A DNA stretch of 64,000 nucleotides from Gammaproteobacteria bacterium. GTDB taxonomy: Bacteria > Pseudomonadota > Gammaproteobacteria > Xanthomonadales > SZUA-36. The stretch lies in contig JAUIJU010000002.1 in NCBI GenBank assembly GCA_030431095.1, positions 22,092 through 86,091 on the forward strand, in the 5' to 3' direction. A program made the position numbers and the translations under genes. Below are positions 10,774-21,841 of the stretch, piece after piece. Under the pieces are notes generated by a model. That model saw only the letters and a program-made list of their open reading frames with translations, did not search any database and was not told where the DNA came from. Every line of letters begins with the position of its first letter. The first letter of the stretch is position 1.

Positions 10774-11799
10774 ATGTCCAAATATGTTTCCCTGGGCGAA
10801 ATCATGCTGCGGCTGAAGTCGCCCAACCATGAACGCTTTTTCCAGAGTCCGGCCTTCGAGGCTACGTTTGGCGGGGGTGAAGCCAATGTGGCGGTAGCCC
10901 TGTCCAACTATGGCCTCGACGCCCGGTTTGTCACGGCACTTCCAGACAACGCGATCGGCGACGCGGCCATCCGGGAGCTGCGCGGCTTCGGCGTGGATAC
11001 CGGCGCCATCGCCCGGTGTGGCGAGCGTGTCGGTATCTACTACCTGGAGGCCGGCGCCAACCAGCGTCCGTCCAAGGTCGTCTACGACCGCGACCACTCC
11101 TCGATTTGCCGGTGTTCGGCAGACGAGTTCGACTGGGACGCGGTTTTCGCGGATGCCAGGTGGTTTCACATCACCGGCATCACGCCGGCACTCAGCGAAA
11201 GTGCTGCCGCGCTCAGCCTTGAATCGGTTCGGCAGGCGAAATCACGGGGTGTGACGGTTTCGTGCGACTTCAACTTCCGCGGCAAGCTGTGGAAGTACGG
11301 AAAATCCGCGCCCGAGGTCATGACGGAACTGGTGAAATTCGTGGACGTCGGCATCGCCAACGAGGAGGACTGCCAGAAATCCCTGGGCATCGAGGCCGGT
11401 GTCGACGTGCACAGCGGAATGCTCGATACGGCGAAATACGAAGTTCTGAGCGAGCGCGTTCTGGAGGCCTTTCCCGACATGTCGGCTATCGCGATCACGC
11501 TGCGCGAATCCCACAGCGCCGACCGGAACGGCTGGGCTGCGTGCCTGCGGGATGCTGAAGGCTTCAGGCTGTCACGGCATTACGAGATTACCGACATCAT
11601 TGACCGCGTCGGTGGCGGAGACAGCTTCGCGTCTGCGCTGATCTACGGCCTGAACGCCTATGAAGGGCAGGCCTCGCTGGAATTCGCCGTGGCCGCCAGT
11701 TGCCTGAAGCACTCCATCCTGGGTGATTTCAACCGCGTATCGGTGAGCGAGGTAGAAGCCCTGATGGGCGGGGACGGTTCCGGGCGCGTGCAGCGCTAA
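10774..11799 (+). CDS. kdgK: 2-keto-3-deoxygluconate kinase (PfkB family)
   Basis: [35 protein letters not shown] motifs. Confidence 0.88.
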   Translation: MSKYVSLGEIMLRLKSPNHERFFQSPAFEATFGGGEANVAVALSNYGLDARFVTALPDNAIGDAAIRELRGFGVDTGAIARCGERVGIYYLEAGANQRPSKVVYDRDHSSICRCSADEFDWDAVFADARWFHITGITPALSESAAALSLESVRQAKSRGVTVSCDFNFRGKLWKYGKSAPEVMTELVKFVDVGIANEEDCQKSLGIEAGVDVHSGMLDTAKYEVLSERVLEAFPDMSAIAITLRESHSADRNGWAACLRDAEGFRLSRHYEITDIIDRVGGGDSFASALIYGLNAYEGQASLEFAVAASCLKHSILGDFNRVSVSEVEALMGGDGSGRVQR

Positions 11800-11938
11800 C
11801 CGCCCTCCAGTGCGTATGATCCTCCGAATCTGACAGGAGGCGCACAGGCGAACGGATCGGCGGCCCACGGTAGAATGCACCAGGACAGGGTCATGGACGC
11901 CTTCCATGGCCCGGCACCACCCCGGGAAACGCATCGCC

Positions 11939-12412
11939 ATGGAACGCATACTCTTTGTCTGCATGGGCAACATCTGCAGATCGCCCACCGCCGAGGGCTA
12001 CTTCCGCCACCACCTGGCCGGCTCCGAACTGGCCGGGCAGGTGGAAATCGACTCGGCGGGCACCCACGGCTATCACGTGGGCAATCCGCCGGATGCGCGC
12101 GCCGTGGCCACCCTGGCCGGGCGTGGCGTGGACATCTCCGACCTGCGCGCGCGCCGCGTGGACGAGAGTGACTTCCACCGCTTCGACCTGGTCCTGGCCA
12201 TGGACGAAGCGAATCTGTCGCAGCTGCAGGCCATGGACCCCGGGGGCAGGGCGGCGGTCCGACTCATGCTCAGCTACTCGCCGCGTTTCGACCAGCTGCG
12301 CGAGGTGCCCGACCCCTACTACGGCGGCCAGGACGGATTCGACTTCATGTGCGATCTGCTGGACGAGGCCACCCGTGCACTGCTGGACGAATTGAGCCAA
12401 CACGACGGCTGA
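11939..12412 (+). CDS. Low-molecular-weight protein-tyrosine phosphatase
   Basis: CMGNICRS P-loop, DSAGT, DPYYG. Confidence 0.93.
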   Translation: MERILFVCMGNICRSPTAEGYFRHHLAGSELAGQVEIDSAGTHGYHVGNPPDARAVATLAGRGVDISDLRARRVDESDFHRFDLVLAMDEANLSQLQAMDPGGRAAVRLMLSYSPRFDQLREVPDPYYGGQDGFDFMCDLLDEATRALLDELSQHDG

Positions 12413-14248
12413 ATGGAAAATCCGAGCCAGGCAAAGAAGCCACGCGCTTTCGACGGCAAGAAAGCCGCCCGCAAGCTCCCCACCGGCCCCGGCGTGTATC
12501 TCTTTCGCGACGCCGCCGACACCGTGCTGTACGTGGGCAAGGCCGCGGATCTGCGCAAGCGCGTGTCCAGCTACTTCGATGCCCGCCCCAAGGGGGCGCG
12601 CACCATGCGCATGGTCTCGCGCATCGCGCGCATCGAGACCGCCCTGACCCGCAACGAGGGCGAGGCCCTGTTGCTGGAGAACGAGTGGATCAAGGCGCAC
12701 CGCCCGCGCTACAACGTGCTGCTGCGCGACGACAAGTCCTACCCCTGGATCGTGATGACCACCGATCACGACTTTCCGCGTATCGCCTTCCACCGCGGCA
12801 AGCGCCTGAAGGGGCGCACCTACCTGGGCCCCTATCCCTCGGCCAGTTCGGTGCGCGAGAGCATCAACCTGATCCAGAAGACCTTTCGCGTGCGCAACTG
12901 CGAGGACAGCGTCTACGCCAACCGCTCACGGCCCTGCCTGCAGTACCAGATCAAGCGCTGCACCGCGCCGTGCGTGGACTACGTCAGCGAAGAGGAATAC
13001 GCCGCGCAGGTGGACGACGCGCTGCTGTTCCTGCGTGGGCAGAGCGACAAGGTGATCACGCGTCTGATCGGACGCATGGAGGCCGCCTCGGAGGCGCTGG
13101 AATTCGAGGAGGCCGCCCTGTGCCGCGACCGCATCAACATTCTGAAGAAGATGCAGGCGCAGCAGTTCGTCTCGCACGGCAGCGGTGACATCGATGTGAT
13201 CGCCCTGGCCCGTGAGCAGGGCCAGGCCTGCGTCCAGGTCATGACCTTTCGCGGCGGGCGCAACCTGGGCCAGCGCAGCTACTTTCCCACGCAGACCGCG
13301 GGGGTGGACGATGCCGACGTGGTGGAAGCGTTCCTCGGCCAGTTCTACCGCGAGCGCATGCCGCCCGCCGACATCCTGCTCAGCCATGCCCCGGAGCGTC
13401 TCGAACTGTATGCCACGGCTTTCGGCGAACGCGCCGGGCGCAAGGTCACCCTGCAGCCGCACCCGCGCGGTGAACGCCGCCAGTGGCTGGAGCTGACCCG
13501 TCGCAATGCCGAGCACGCCCTGCAGATGAACCTGGCCTCGGACGCGCGCATCGCCGCGCAGTTCGAGGCGCTGCAGGAACTGCTGGACCTTGATGAGCCG
13601 CCGGCCACCCTGGAGTGCTTCGACATTTCCCACACCTCGGGCAACCAGGCGGTGGGTTCCTGCGTGGTGTTCGACCAGACCGGCCCGGTGAAATCACATT
13701 ACCGCCGCTACAACCTCAAGGGCATCACGCCGGGCGACGACTACGCGGCGATGCGCCAGGTGCTGGAGCGCCGCTACCGCAAGGTCAACGAAGAAGAAGG
13801 CGCCATGCCGGGACTGCTGATCGTCGACGGCGGCAAAGGGCAGGTCACCCAGGCGCTGGAGGTGCTGGGCGAACTGGGTCTGAACGACGTGCCCTTGATG
13901 GGCGTGGCCAAGGGGCCGTCACGCCGCGCCGGCCACGAGGAATGGATCGTGCCGGGGCGCCGCTTGGCCCTGAGCCCCGGACCGGAATCCCCGGCCTCCC
14001 ACCTGGTGCAGCAGGTGCGCGACGAGGCGCACCGCTTCGCCATCACCGGTCACCGGGGCCGCCGCCAGAAAGCCGCCACGGAATCCCCGCTGGAAGGCAT
14101 TCCCGGCATCGGGGCAGGGCGGCGCAAGGCCCTGCTCAGCCACTTCGGGGGCATCCGCGGCGTGCGCCAGGCCGGGGTGGAGGAACTGGCCAGCGTGCCG
14201 GGTGTCAGCCAGAACCTGGCGCAGCGGATTTTCGACGCGCTGCACTGA
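12413..14248 (+). CDS. uvrC: Excinuclease ABC subunit C
   Basis: GIY-YIG (GVY..YVGKA), RPCLQYQIKRCTAPC, ECFDISH, DGGKGQ, RDEAHRFA, C-terminal HhH. Confidence 0.97.
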   Translation: MENPSQAKKPRAFDGKKAARKLPTGPGVYLFRDAADTVLYVGKAADLRKRVSSYFDARPKGARTMRMVSRIARIETALTRNEGEALLLENEWIKAHRPRYNVLLRDDKSYPWIVMTTDHDFPRIAFHRGKRLKGRTYLGPYPSASSVRESINLIQKTFRVRNCEDSVYANRSRPCLQYQIKRCTAPCVDYVSEEEYAAQVDDALLFLRGQSDKVITRLIGRMEAASEALEFEEAALCRDRINILKKMQAQQFVSHGSGDIDVIALAREQGQACVQVMTFRGGRNLGQRSYFPTQTAGVDDADVVEAFLGQFYRERMPPADILLSHAPERLELYATAFGERAGRKVTLQPHPRGERRQWLELTRRNAEHALQMNLASDARIAAQFEALQELLDLDEPPATLECFDISHTSGNQAVGSCVVFDQTGPVKSHYRRYNLKGITPGDDYAAMRQVLERRYRKVNEEEGAMPGLLIVDGGKGQVTQALEVLGELGLNDVPLMGVAKGPSRRAGHEEWIVPGRRLALSPGPESPASHLVQQVRDEAHRFAITGHRGRRQKAATESPLEGIPGIGAGRRKALLSHFGGIRGVRQAGVEELASVPGVSQNLAQRIFDALH

Positions 14249-14339
14249 GCCGATACGCCCATGCTGGCGCGGCGGGGCGAGTGTTTGAGATAATGCGCGG
14301 CGTTCCCGCCCGGCGCCAGCCCAGCGACCTCCGAGAATC

Positions 14340-15005
14340 ATGCACCTCAACGCCCCCATCATCCTGACCCTGCTGCGGATCGCCCTGATCCCGGTGCTGG
14401 TGCTGTTTTTCTACCTGCCGTACGGCTGGTCGAACATTCTGACCGTGGTGGTGTTCGTGGTCGCCGCCGTCACCGACTGGGTGGACGGCTTCCTGGCGCG
14501 GCGCTGGAACCAGCTGAGCGACTTCGGCGCCTTCCTGGACCCGGTGGCCGACAAGCTGATCGTGGCGGTGGCCCTGGTGCTGCTGGTGCAAAGCCATCCG
14601 ACGGTGATCTTCGCGCTGGCGGCCGCCACCATCATCGGGCGCGAAATCGTGATTTCAGCGCTGCGCGAGTGGATGGCGGAGATGGGCGAACGCGGCCGCG
14701 TCAAGGTCTCGGCCGTGGGCAAACTCAAGACCATCTTCCAGATGGTGGCCATCAGCATGCTGCTCTATGGCGAGCCGATCGGGCCGATTCCCGTGGCCTT
14801 CATCGGTGAGATTCTGCTTTACGTCGCCGCCGCGCTGACGCTCTGGTCGATGTGGGTCTACCTGTCCTCGGCCTGGCCGATCCTGGTCAGCGGCTCGACG
14901 CCGTCGCCCCCGCCGGACGCGACGCTGGAAGTCGGCGAGCAAACGGCCGGGGACGGAGAAGACCCGGCGACGCCGCACGCGGTGGAGGTCGAAAACCGTG
15001 ACTGA
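14340..15005 (+). CDS. pgsA: CDP-diacylglycerol--glycerol-3-phosphate 3-phosphatidyltransferase
   Basis: [24 protein letters not shown]-alcohol motif; follows uvrC. Confidence 0.95.
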   Translation: MHLNAPIILTLLRIALIPVLVLFFYLPYGWSNILTVVVFVVAAVTDWVDGFLARRWNQLSDFGAFLDPVADKLIVAVALVLLVQSHPTVIFALAAATIIGREIVISALREWMAEMGERGRVKVSAVGKLKTIFQMVAISMLLYGEPIGPIPVAFIGEILLYVAAALTLWSMWVYLSSAWPILVSGSTPSPPPDATLEVGEQTAGDGEDPATPHAVEVENRD

Positions 15006-16224
15006 GGTGCGCACCCGCCGCGAGACCCCCACGGTGGATATTGCCGGCATCAAAGTCGGTTCGGACCACCCGGTCATGGTGCAGTCCATGACCAATACCG
15101 ACACGGAAGACGCGAAGGCCACGGCCCGCCAGGTGGCGGAGCTGGCTCGCGCCGGCTCCGAAGTGGTGCGCATTACGGTCAACACCGAGGCGGCCGCCGC
15201 GGCGGTGCCGGAGATCGTCGAGCGCATGGGAATGATGGGTTGCGAGGTGCCGCTGGTGGGCGACTTCCACTACAACGGCCATACCCTGCTCAGCCAGTAC
15301 CCGGACTGCGCCCGCCTGCTCGCCAAGTACCGCATCAACCCTGGCAACGTGGGTTTCGGCCGAAAACGCGACGACCAGTTCTCCACCATCGTCGAACAGG
15401 CCATCGAGTACGACAAGCCGGTGCGCATCGGGGTCAACTGGGGCAGCCTGGACCAGAAGCTGCTGGCCGCGCTGATGGACGAGAACGCCCGGCTGGACAG
15501 CCCGCGCGAGGCCCAGCAGGTGACCCGCGAGGCGCTGGTGGTGTCCGCCCTGCAGAGCGCCGAGCAGGCGGAGAAGATCGGCCTGGCGCACGACCGGATC
15601 ATCCTCTCGGCCAAGGTCAGCGCGGTGCAGGACCTGGTCGCGGTGTACCGCGCCCTGGCCGGGCGCTGCGACTACCCGCTGCACCTGGGTCTGACCGAGG
15701 CCGGCATGGGCAGCAAGGGCATCGTGTCCTCCAGCGCCGCGCTGGCGGTGCTGCTGCAGGAGGGCATCGGTGACACCATTCGCATTTCGCTGACCCCGGC
15801 GCCCGGCCAGGCCCGCACCGACGAGGTCACCGTGGCCCAGGAACTGCTGCAGAGCATGGGTTTTCGCGCTTTTTCGCCCATGGTCACGGCCTGCCCGGGT
15901 TGCGGGCGCACCACCAGCAGTTTCTTCCAGGAACTGGCGCGCGACACCACCCGGTTCGTGCGCGAAAAAATGCCGGAATGGAAACTGCGCTATCCCGGCG
16001 CCGAGAACCTGTCGCTGGCGGTCATGGGGTGCGTGGTGAACGGCCCCGGCGAGAGCCGCCACGCCGACATCGGCATCTCGCTGCCGGGTACCGGCGAAGC
16101 GCCGGTGGCGCCGGTGTTCATCGACGGCAAGAAAAGCGTCACCCTGCGGGGCGACGGGCTGACCGGCGAGTTTCTCGAGCTCATCGAGGACTACGTCAGG
16201 ACGCGGTACGCCCCCGGCGGCTGA
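14998..16224 (+). CDS. ispG: (E)-4-hydroxy-3-methylbut-2-enyl-diphosphate synthase
   Basis: [37 protein letters not shown]. Confidence 0.97.
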   Translation: MTEVRTRRETPTVDIAGIKVGSDHPVMVQSMTNTDTEDAKATARQVAELARAGSEVVRITVNTEAAAAAVPEIVERMGMMGCEVPLVGDFHYNGHTLLSQYPDCARLLAKYRINPGNVGFGRKRDDQFSTIVEQAIEYDKPVRIGVNWGSLDQKLLAALMDENARLDSPREAQQVTREALVVSALQSAEQAEKIGLAHDRIILSAKVSAVQDLVAVYRALAGRCDYPLHLGLTEAGMGSKGIVSSSAALAVLLQEGIGDTIRISLTPAPGQARTDEVTVAQELLQSMGFRAFSPMVTACPGCGRTTSSFFQELARDTTRFVREKMPEWKLRYPGAENLSLAVMGCVVNGPGESRHADIGISLPGTGEAPVAPVFIDGKKSVTLRGDGLTGEFLELIEDYVRTRYAPGG

Positions 16225-16228
16225 ACCC

Positions 16229-17083
16229 ATGGCCCCGTTCCGCCGCAAGCGCGACGCCCGTCCACAGGCCGAGCGTGAAGACCTCCACGACCTCTACCAG
16301 CGCGCCGTGCAGGACGTGGTCGCTGAAATCGACTTTGTCGAGGAGACCTGGGGCACGCTGCGGCCACGCCCCCTGGAACTGCTGCGCGAGGATTTCTGCG
16401 GCACCGCCAACACCAGTTGCGAATGGGTGCGCCGCGCCGACAACCACCGGTCGCTGGGCGTGGATCTCGATTCCGACGTGCTCGAGTGGGGCAGGGCGCA
16501 CAACCTGGCGACCCTCGACGAGCGCCAGCGCGAACGTATCGCCCTGCACTGCGCGGATGTCAGCGCGGGCACGGCCGAGGCCCCGGACGCGGTGCTGGCC
16601 ATGAACTTCAGCTACTACCTGCTGATGGAACGTGAACGCCTGGGCGCTTATTTCCGCTCGGTGCACGACAACCTGGTGGCCGACGGCGTGTTCTTCCTGG
16701 ATGCCTACGGCGGCTACGAAGCGCCCATGGTGCTGGAGGAAAAACGCGACTGCGACGGTTTCACCTACGTCTGGGAGCAGGTCAGCTTCAACCCCATCGA
16801 CTCGCTGATGGAATGCGCGATTCACTTCGAGTTTCCCGACGGCAGCCGGATGAACGACGCCTTCCGCTATCACTGGCGGCTGTGGACCCTGCCGGAAATC
16901 CGTGAGCTGCTGCTCGAGGCCGGCTTCGCCTCCGCCACCGTGTACTGGGAGGGCACCGACGAGGAAACCGGCGAGGGCGACGGCGTGTACGCGCCGGCCA
17001 CCGTCGGTGACGCCGACCCGGGCTGGGTCTGTTACATCGTGGCGGAGAAGGGCGTCAGCCGCGCTTCGGCAAGGCTTCGTTGA
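16229..17083 (+). CDS. Class I SAM-dependent methyltransferase, uncharacterised
   Basis: LREDFCGTA, GVDLD, AMNFSY motifs; 3' end overlaps the ygfZ 3' end. Confidence 0.75.
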   Translation: MAPFRRKRDARPQAEREDLHDLYQRAVQDVVAEIDFVEETWGTLRPRPLELLREDFCGTANTSCEWVRRADNHRSLGVDLDSDVLEWGRAHNLATLDERQRERIALHCADVSAGTAEAPDAVLAMNFSYYLLMERERLGAYFRSVHDNLVADGVFFLDAYGGYEAPMVLEEKRDCDGFTYVWEQVSFNPIDSLMECAIHFEFPDGSRMNDAFRYHWRLWTLPEIRELLLEAGFASATVYWEGTDEETGEGDGVYAPATVGDADPGWVCYIVAEKGVSRASARLR

Positions 17084-17870
17084 TCCAGCGGCCCGTGGCC
17101 GCGAGCGTGGCGTCGCCCGCCACCAGGCGTTCGACCGCGAAGGGTTCTTCCGCGCGCGCCACCACCAGCACCTGCCAGCCGCCCGCGGCCAGGGGCCGCG
17201 CATCGACCAGCACCGCGGACGCGGCCTGATCGCCGCCAACCAGTTCCAGCTTGTCCATGGGTGCCACGCCGGGGGCGCCTTCCACGCGGCCGCTCCAGGG
17301 GTGGCGCTTGTTCTTGCCCAGGTAGCGCATGCGCGCGATGACTTCCTGTCCGGGAAAGCAGCCTTTGCGGAAGTTCAGGGCGCCGATGGCCTCGTGGCCC
17401 AGCATCTGCGGCAGGAACTGTTCGCTGGTCGCCGGCGTCAGCCAGCACACGCCGGCGGCCAGCTCGCGGGCGTGGAAATCGGCTTCGTCGCCTTCGCTGC
17501 CGGACCCCACTCCGTAGGCCAGGCCGGGCAGGGGGGGGGCCACCATGTCCGGCCCCGGGTCGGCATCGGCGCCACCGAGGACCGCCACCGACGCGTCCAG
17601 CGAGAGCGTCACCTTGTCGCGGAACACGAAGCGCCGTAGGTGACTGAGCAGGCCCTCGGCCAGGTCGCGGTGGCACAGCACCCGGAAACCGTCGTCGGTG
17701 GCGATGAGCAGCAACAGCGCAATTACGCGGCCCTTGGGTTGGCACAGGGCGGCGAATCGTGATTCATCCGGGGCCAGGCCCTGCACGTCCACCGTCAGCT
17801 GGTTGTGCAGAAACCGACCGGCATCGGCGCCGGTGACCGAGATCACGCGGAGTTCATCCAGTTCGATCAT
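17055..17870 (-). CDS. ygfZ: YgfZ/GcvT folate-binding Fe-S repair protein
   Basis: KGCFPGQEVIAR signature; GADAGRFLHNQLT. Confidence 0.92.
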   Translation of the reverse strand: MIELDELRVISVTGADAGRFLHNQLTVDVQGLAPDESRFAALCQPKGRVIALLLLIATDDGFRVLCHRDLAEGLLSHLRRFVFRDKVTLSLDASVAVLGGADADPGPDMVAPPLPGLAYGVGSGSEGDEADFHARELAAGVCWLTPATSEQFLPQMLGHEAIGALNFRKGCFPGQEVIARMRYLGKNKRHPWSGRVEGAPGVAPMDKLELVGGDQAASAVLVDARPLAAGGWQVLVVARAEEPFAVERLVAGDATLAATGRWINEALPKRG

Positions 17871-18018
17871 GATGAAGAGGCTAACAAATGGCGATGGATC
17901 CTTCTGTGATGGCGGCGAATTTGCGCGTTACAAGCCCCTTCGCGGTTGCGGTGTACGGCACGGTTCAGTACCCTTGCAAGCCGCGGCCAGCGGCGCATTC
18001 ACGAGAGATGGTCAGCCG

Positions 18019-18189
18019 ATGAACGACAAGAACGACACGAATTCCGAAGACCGTCACGAAGGCGCGTCGCCGGGCGAACAGCATACCGGCAAAGACCCGC
18101 AGCCCCGGCGCGAAATCGGCGGCCGGAAAGGTCCCGATCCCACGCGCTTCGGCGACTGGGAGAAAGCCGGTCGATGTATTGATTTCTGA
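18019..18189 (+). CDS. DUF1674 / SDHAF4-like small protein
   Basis: C-terminal EIGGRKGPDPTRFGDWEKAGRCIDF; immediately upstream of sdhC. Confidence 0.85.
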   Translation: MNDKNDTNSEDRHEGASPGEQHTGKDPQPRREIGGRKGPDPTRFGDWEKAGRCIDF

Positions 18190-18257
18190 CGTCGCGCGAC
18201 CAGGCAGCGCCCCCTGAATCCGGGCCGCCACCCCATCGCGCGCCAGCAGGCGTACCC

Positions 18258-18650
18258 ATGAGCAGCAAATCCAAGTTGAGACCCCTGTCGCCCTACATGC
18301 TGGGGCCTTACTACCGGTTCGAATTCCAGACCCTGATGTCCATCGCGTTCCGTCTCTCGGGCGTGTTCATGGCGCTGGTCCTGGCGCCGCTGGGCTGCCT
18401 GTGGATGCTGATGCTGGTGATGGGGCCGGAATCGTTCGCCGCCATGCAGTCCTTCATGGCCAGCTGGCTGGGCACCGCCATTGGCTGGCTGGGCGCCCTG
18501 GCGGTCAGTTTTCACCTGTGCGCCGGCATCCGCCACCTGGCCTGGGATACGGCCCGGTTCCTGGAAAAACCCCAGATTCGCGCCACCGGCTGGCTGGCGG
18601 TGTTCGGCACGCTGGTGCTGTTCGCCCTGACCCTGTGGGTGGCCTCGTGA
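18258..18650 (+). CDS. sdhC: Succinate dehydrogenase cytochrome b556 subunit
   Basis: RPLSP, FHLCAGIRHLAWD; 3 TM. Confidence 0.92.
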   Translation: MSSKSKLRPLSPYMLGPYYRFEFQTLMSIAFRLSGVFMALVLAPLGCLWMLMLVMGPESFAAMQSFMASWLGTAIGWLGALAVSFHLCAGIRHLAWDTARFLEKPQIRATGWLAVFGTLVLFALTLWVAS

Positions 18651-18979
18651 GCGCCGGTTCGAAAGACTGGTTCCGCCAACGCGTCGCCGCCGTCGCCCTG
18701 ATCCCGCTCAGCGCCTGGTTGCTGTGGGCCGGCGCCAGCCTGGCCGGCGCTGACTACGCGGCCGCCACCGCATTTTTCAGCCAGCCGCTGAACGGCATCG
18801 CCGCGCTGTTGCTGGCGATTGTCGGCCTGTACCACACCCAGTCGGGCGTGACCTCGATCATCGAGGACTACATTCCGTCCGGCGCACGGGGTGTGCTGAT
18901 CTTCGTGACCCATGTGGGTTGTGGCGCCGGCGTCGTTGCGGTCATCTGGGCCGTGGTCAACGTCACCTTCGGAGCCTGA
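18647..18979 (+). CDS. sdhD: Succinate dehydrogenase membrane anchor
   Basis: GTG start overlapping the sdhC stop; WFRQRVAAV, H..G...IIEDY. Confidence 0.88.
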   Translation: MSAGSKDWFRQRVAAVALIPLSAWLLWAGASLAGADYAAATAFFSQPLNGIAALLLAIVGLYHTQSGVTSIIEDYIPSGARGVLIFVTHVGCGAGVVAVIWAVVNVTFGA

Positions 18980-18982
18980 GGC

Positions 18983-20773
18983 ATGAGCGATGCTTACAAG
19001 CTGATCGAGCACGAATACGACGTGGTGGTGGTCGGCGCCGGCGGCGCCGGATTGCGCGCCACCATGGGCCTGGCCGCGACCGGGCTGTCCACGGCCTGCG
19101 TGACCAAGCTGTTTCCGACCCGCAGCCACACCGTGGCCGCCCAGGGTGGTATGTCCGCGGCGCTGGGCAACATGGGCGAGGACGACTGGCGCTGGCACAT
19201 GTACGACACCATCAAGGGTTCGGACTGGCTGGGCGACCAGGACGCCATCGAGTACATGTGCCGCGAGGCCATTCCCTCGGTGATCGAACTGGAGCATTTC
19301 GGCGTGCCGTTCTCGCGCACCGAGGAAGGCAAGATCTACCAGCGGCCCTTCGGCGGCATGACCACGCACTACGGTGAAGGCACCGCGCAGCGCACCTGCG
19401 CCGCGGCCGACCGCACCGGCCACGCCATCCTGCACACGCTGTACCAGCAGTCCCTCGCCCACGACGCGCAGTTCTTCATCGAGTATTTCGCCGTAGACCT
19501 GCTGATGGACGAGGACGGCGCCTGCCGCGGCGTGCTGGCCTGGGACCTGGCCGACGGCAGCCTGCACCTGTTCCGCGCGCATGCCGTGATCCTGGCCACC
19601 GGCGGCTACGGACGCAGCTACTTTTCCTGCACCTCGGCGCACACCTGCACCGGCGACGGCAACGGCATGGTGCTGCGCGCCGGCCTGCCCATGCAGGACA
19701 TGGAGTTCGTACAGTTTCACCCCACCGGCGTCTACGGCGCCGGCGTGCTGATCACCGAAGGCGTGCGCGGCGAGGGCGGCTTCCTGACCAACTCCGAGGG
19801 CGAGCGGTTCATGGAACGCTACGCCCCCAATGCCAAGGACCTGGCCAGCCGCGACGTGGTCAGCCGCTCCATGACCATCGAGATCCGCGAGGGCAGGGGG
19901 GTGGGCCCGAAGAGTGACCACATCCACCTGAACCTGCAGCACCTGGGCTCGGAAGTCATCGAGGAGCGCCTGCCGGGCATTGCCGAAAGCGCACGCATTT
20001 TTGCCGGTGTAGACGTGACGAAAGACCCGATTCCTGTATTGCCTACCGTGCACTACAACATGGGCGGCATCCCCACCAACTACCACGGCGAGGTGGTGAC
20101 CCTGAAGGACGGCGATCCGGACCACGTCGTGCCGGGCCTGTTTTCCATTGGCGAGGCAGCCTGCGTGTCGGTGCACGGCGCCAACCGCCTGGGTTCCAAT
20201 TCCCTGCTCGACCTGATCGTGTTCGGTCGCGCCGTGGCGCACCGCTGCGCGGAAGTGATTCAGCCCGGCACGCCACACCCGGCGGTGCCGCAGCCCTCCC
20301 TCGACAAGGCCCTGGGCGAATTCGACCGCCTGCGCCACGCCGGCGGCGAAAAGAGCACGGCCAGCATCCGGGAAGACATGCAGCAGACCATGCAGGCCAA
20401 CGCCGCCGTGTTCCGCACCAGCGAAACCCTGGCCGAGGGGGTGAGCCTGATGCAGAAGGTGAACGATTCCTTCGCCGAGGTTTCCGTGGGGGATCGCTCC
20501 CTGGTGTGGAATTCGGACCTGGCGGAAACCCTGGAACTGCGCAACCTGCTGGCCTGCGCCCAGGCCACCATCGTGGGCGCCGAGAATCGCAAGGAGAGCC
20601 GCGGCGCGCATGCGCACGAGGATTTCCCGGAGCGGGACGACGAGAACTGGATGAAGCACTCCCTGCAGTGGGTCGACGCGCAGGGCCGGGTGAGCATCGA
20701 CTATCGCCCCGTACACATGTACACATTGACCGATGACGTGGAAGTGGTGCCGCCCAAGGCCCGCGTCTACTGA
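18983..20773 (+). CDS. sdhA: Succinate dehydrogenase flavoprotein
   Basis: [28 protein letters not shown]. Confidence 0.98.
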   Translation: MSDAYKLIEHEYDVVVVGAGGAGLRATMGLAATGLSTACVTKLFPTRSHTVAAQGGMSAALGNMGEDDWRWHMYDTIKGSDWLGDQDAIEYMCREAIPSVIELEHFGVPFSRTEEGKIYQRPFGGMTTHYGEGTAQRTCAAADRTGHAILHTLYQQSLAHDAQFFIEYFAVDLLMDEDGACRGVLAWDLADGSLHLFRAHAVILATGGYGRSYFSCTSAHTCTGDGNGMVLRAGLPMQDMEFVQFHPTGVYGAGVLITEGVRGEGGFLTNSEGERFMERYAPNAKDLASRDVVSRSMTIEIREGRGVGPKSDHIHLNLQHLGSEVIEERLPGIAESARIFAGVDVTKDPIPVLPTVHYNMGGIPTNYHGEVVTLKDGDPDHVVPGLFSIGEAACVSVHGANRLGSNSLLDLIVFGRAVAHRCAEVIQPGTPHPAVPQPSLDKALGEFDRLRHAGGEKSTASIREDMQQTMQANAAVFRTSETLAEGVSLMQKVNDSFAEVSVGDRSLVWNSDLAETLELRNLLACAQATIVGAENRKESRGAHAHEDFPERDDENWMKHSLQWVDAQGRVSIDYRPVHMYTLTDDVEVVPPKARVY

Positions 20774-20792
20774 CCCGAACGAGCGCCGAACC

Positions 20793-21578
20793 ATGCTTCA
20801 GCTACGCCTGCCCAAGAATGCCCGTCCCCAGGAAGGCAAGACCTTTCCCGCGGCCGAGGGCGCCAAGCGCACCAAGACCCTGCGCATTTACCGCTGGGAC
20901 CCCGACAGCGGCGACAACCCGCGCGTGGATCGCTACGTCATCGACCTGGACGATTGCGGACCGATGTTGCTCGACGCCATCAACAAGGTGAAGAACGAGA
21001 TCGACCCCACGGTGACCTACCGGCGCTCCTGCCGCGAGGGAATTTGCGGTTCCTGCGCCATGAACATCGACGGCAAGAACGCGCTGGCCTGCACCACGGC
21101 ACTGGATGCGCTGGACGACGACGTGACCGTGTTCCCCCTGCCGCACCTGCCGGTGGTCAAGGACTTGGTGCCGGACATGTCCGGTTTCTACGAGCAGTAC
21201 GCCAGCATCAAACCCTGGCTGCGCAACGAGGCCGTTCCGGTGGAGGAGGGCGAACGCCTGCAGTCCCACGACGAGCGCGAGAAACTCGACGGATTGTACG
21301 AGTGCATCCTCTGCGCCTGCTGCCAGACCTCCTGCCCCAGCTACTGGTGGAACGGCGACAAGTACCTCGGCCCGGCGATTCTCCTGCAGGCCTACCGCTG
21401 GCTGGCCGACAGTCGCGACGGCGACACAGACGCGCGACTCGACGAGCTGGACGACGCCTACAAACTCTACCGCTGTCACACCATCCTCAGCTGCACATCC
21501 GCCTGCCCGAAGGGCCTGAACCCGGGCCTGGCCATCGCGGAAACCAAGAAAATGCTGCTGGAGCGTCGGGGGCGCTAG
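20793..21578 (+). CDS. sdhB: Succinate dehydrogenase iron-sulfur subunit
   Basis: [35 protein letters not shown]. Confidence 0.97.
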   Translation: MLQLRLPKNARPQEGKTFPAAEGAKRTKTLRIYRWDPDSGDNPRVDRYVIDLDDCGPMLLDAINKVKNEIDPTVTYRRSCREGICGSCAMNIDGKNALACTTALDALDDDVTVFPLPHLPVVKDLVPDMSGFYEQYASIKPWLRNEAVPVEEGERLQSHDEREKLDGLYECILCACCQTSCPSYWWNGDKYLGPAILLQAYRWLADSRDGDTDARLDELDDAYKLYRCHTILSCTSACPKGLNPGLAIAETKKMLLERRGR

Positions 21579-21583
21579 CCTCC

Positions 21584-21841
21584 ATGGCATCGGTCGCGTC
21601 GGGGCAGGGCGGCGCCCGCCTCAAACGGCTGCGCTGGCTGGCCCGGCGCGGCATGAAAGAACTCGACCTGCTCCTGGAAGGCTTTATCGCACGCGAATCC
21701 GCGGCGTTGTCGGACGGCGCCTGGCCCGAATTCGAGGCACTCTTGTCCTGTGAAGACGACAGGCTCTGGGACTGGCTCCAGGGACATGCTGACGACGAAT
21801 CCCGGCAGTTCCAGACCCTTATCGACGCCATTCGAGGATGA
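21584..21841 (+). CDS. sdhE: Succinate dehydrogenase flavinylation factor
   Basis: RLRWLARRGMKELD (RGxxE) motif. Confidence 0.9.
   Translation: MASVASGQGGARLKRLRWLARRGMKELDLLLEGFIARESAALSDGAWPEFEALLSCEDDRLWDWLQGHADDESRQFQTLIDAIRG

Noticed and set aside
18512-20794. Long antisense ORFs (e.g. 760 aa opposite sdhA; also opposite clpA, acnA, E1, the kinase and lhr)
   Set aside because: Shadow ORFs expected from high-GC codon bias opposite well-supported genes; no recognisable motifs
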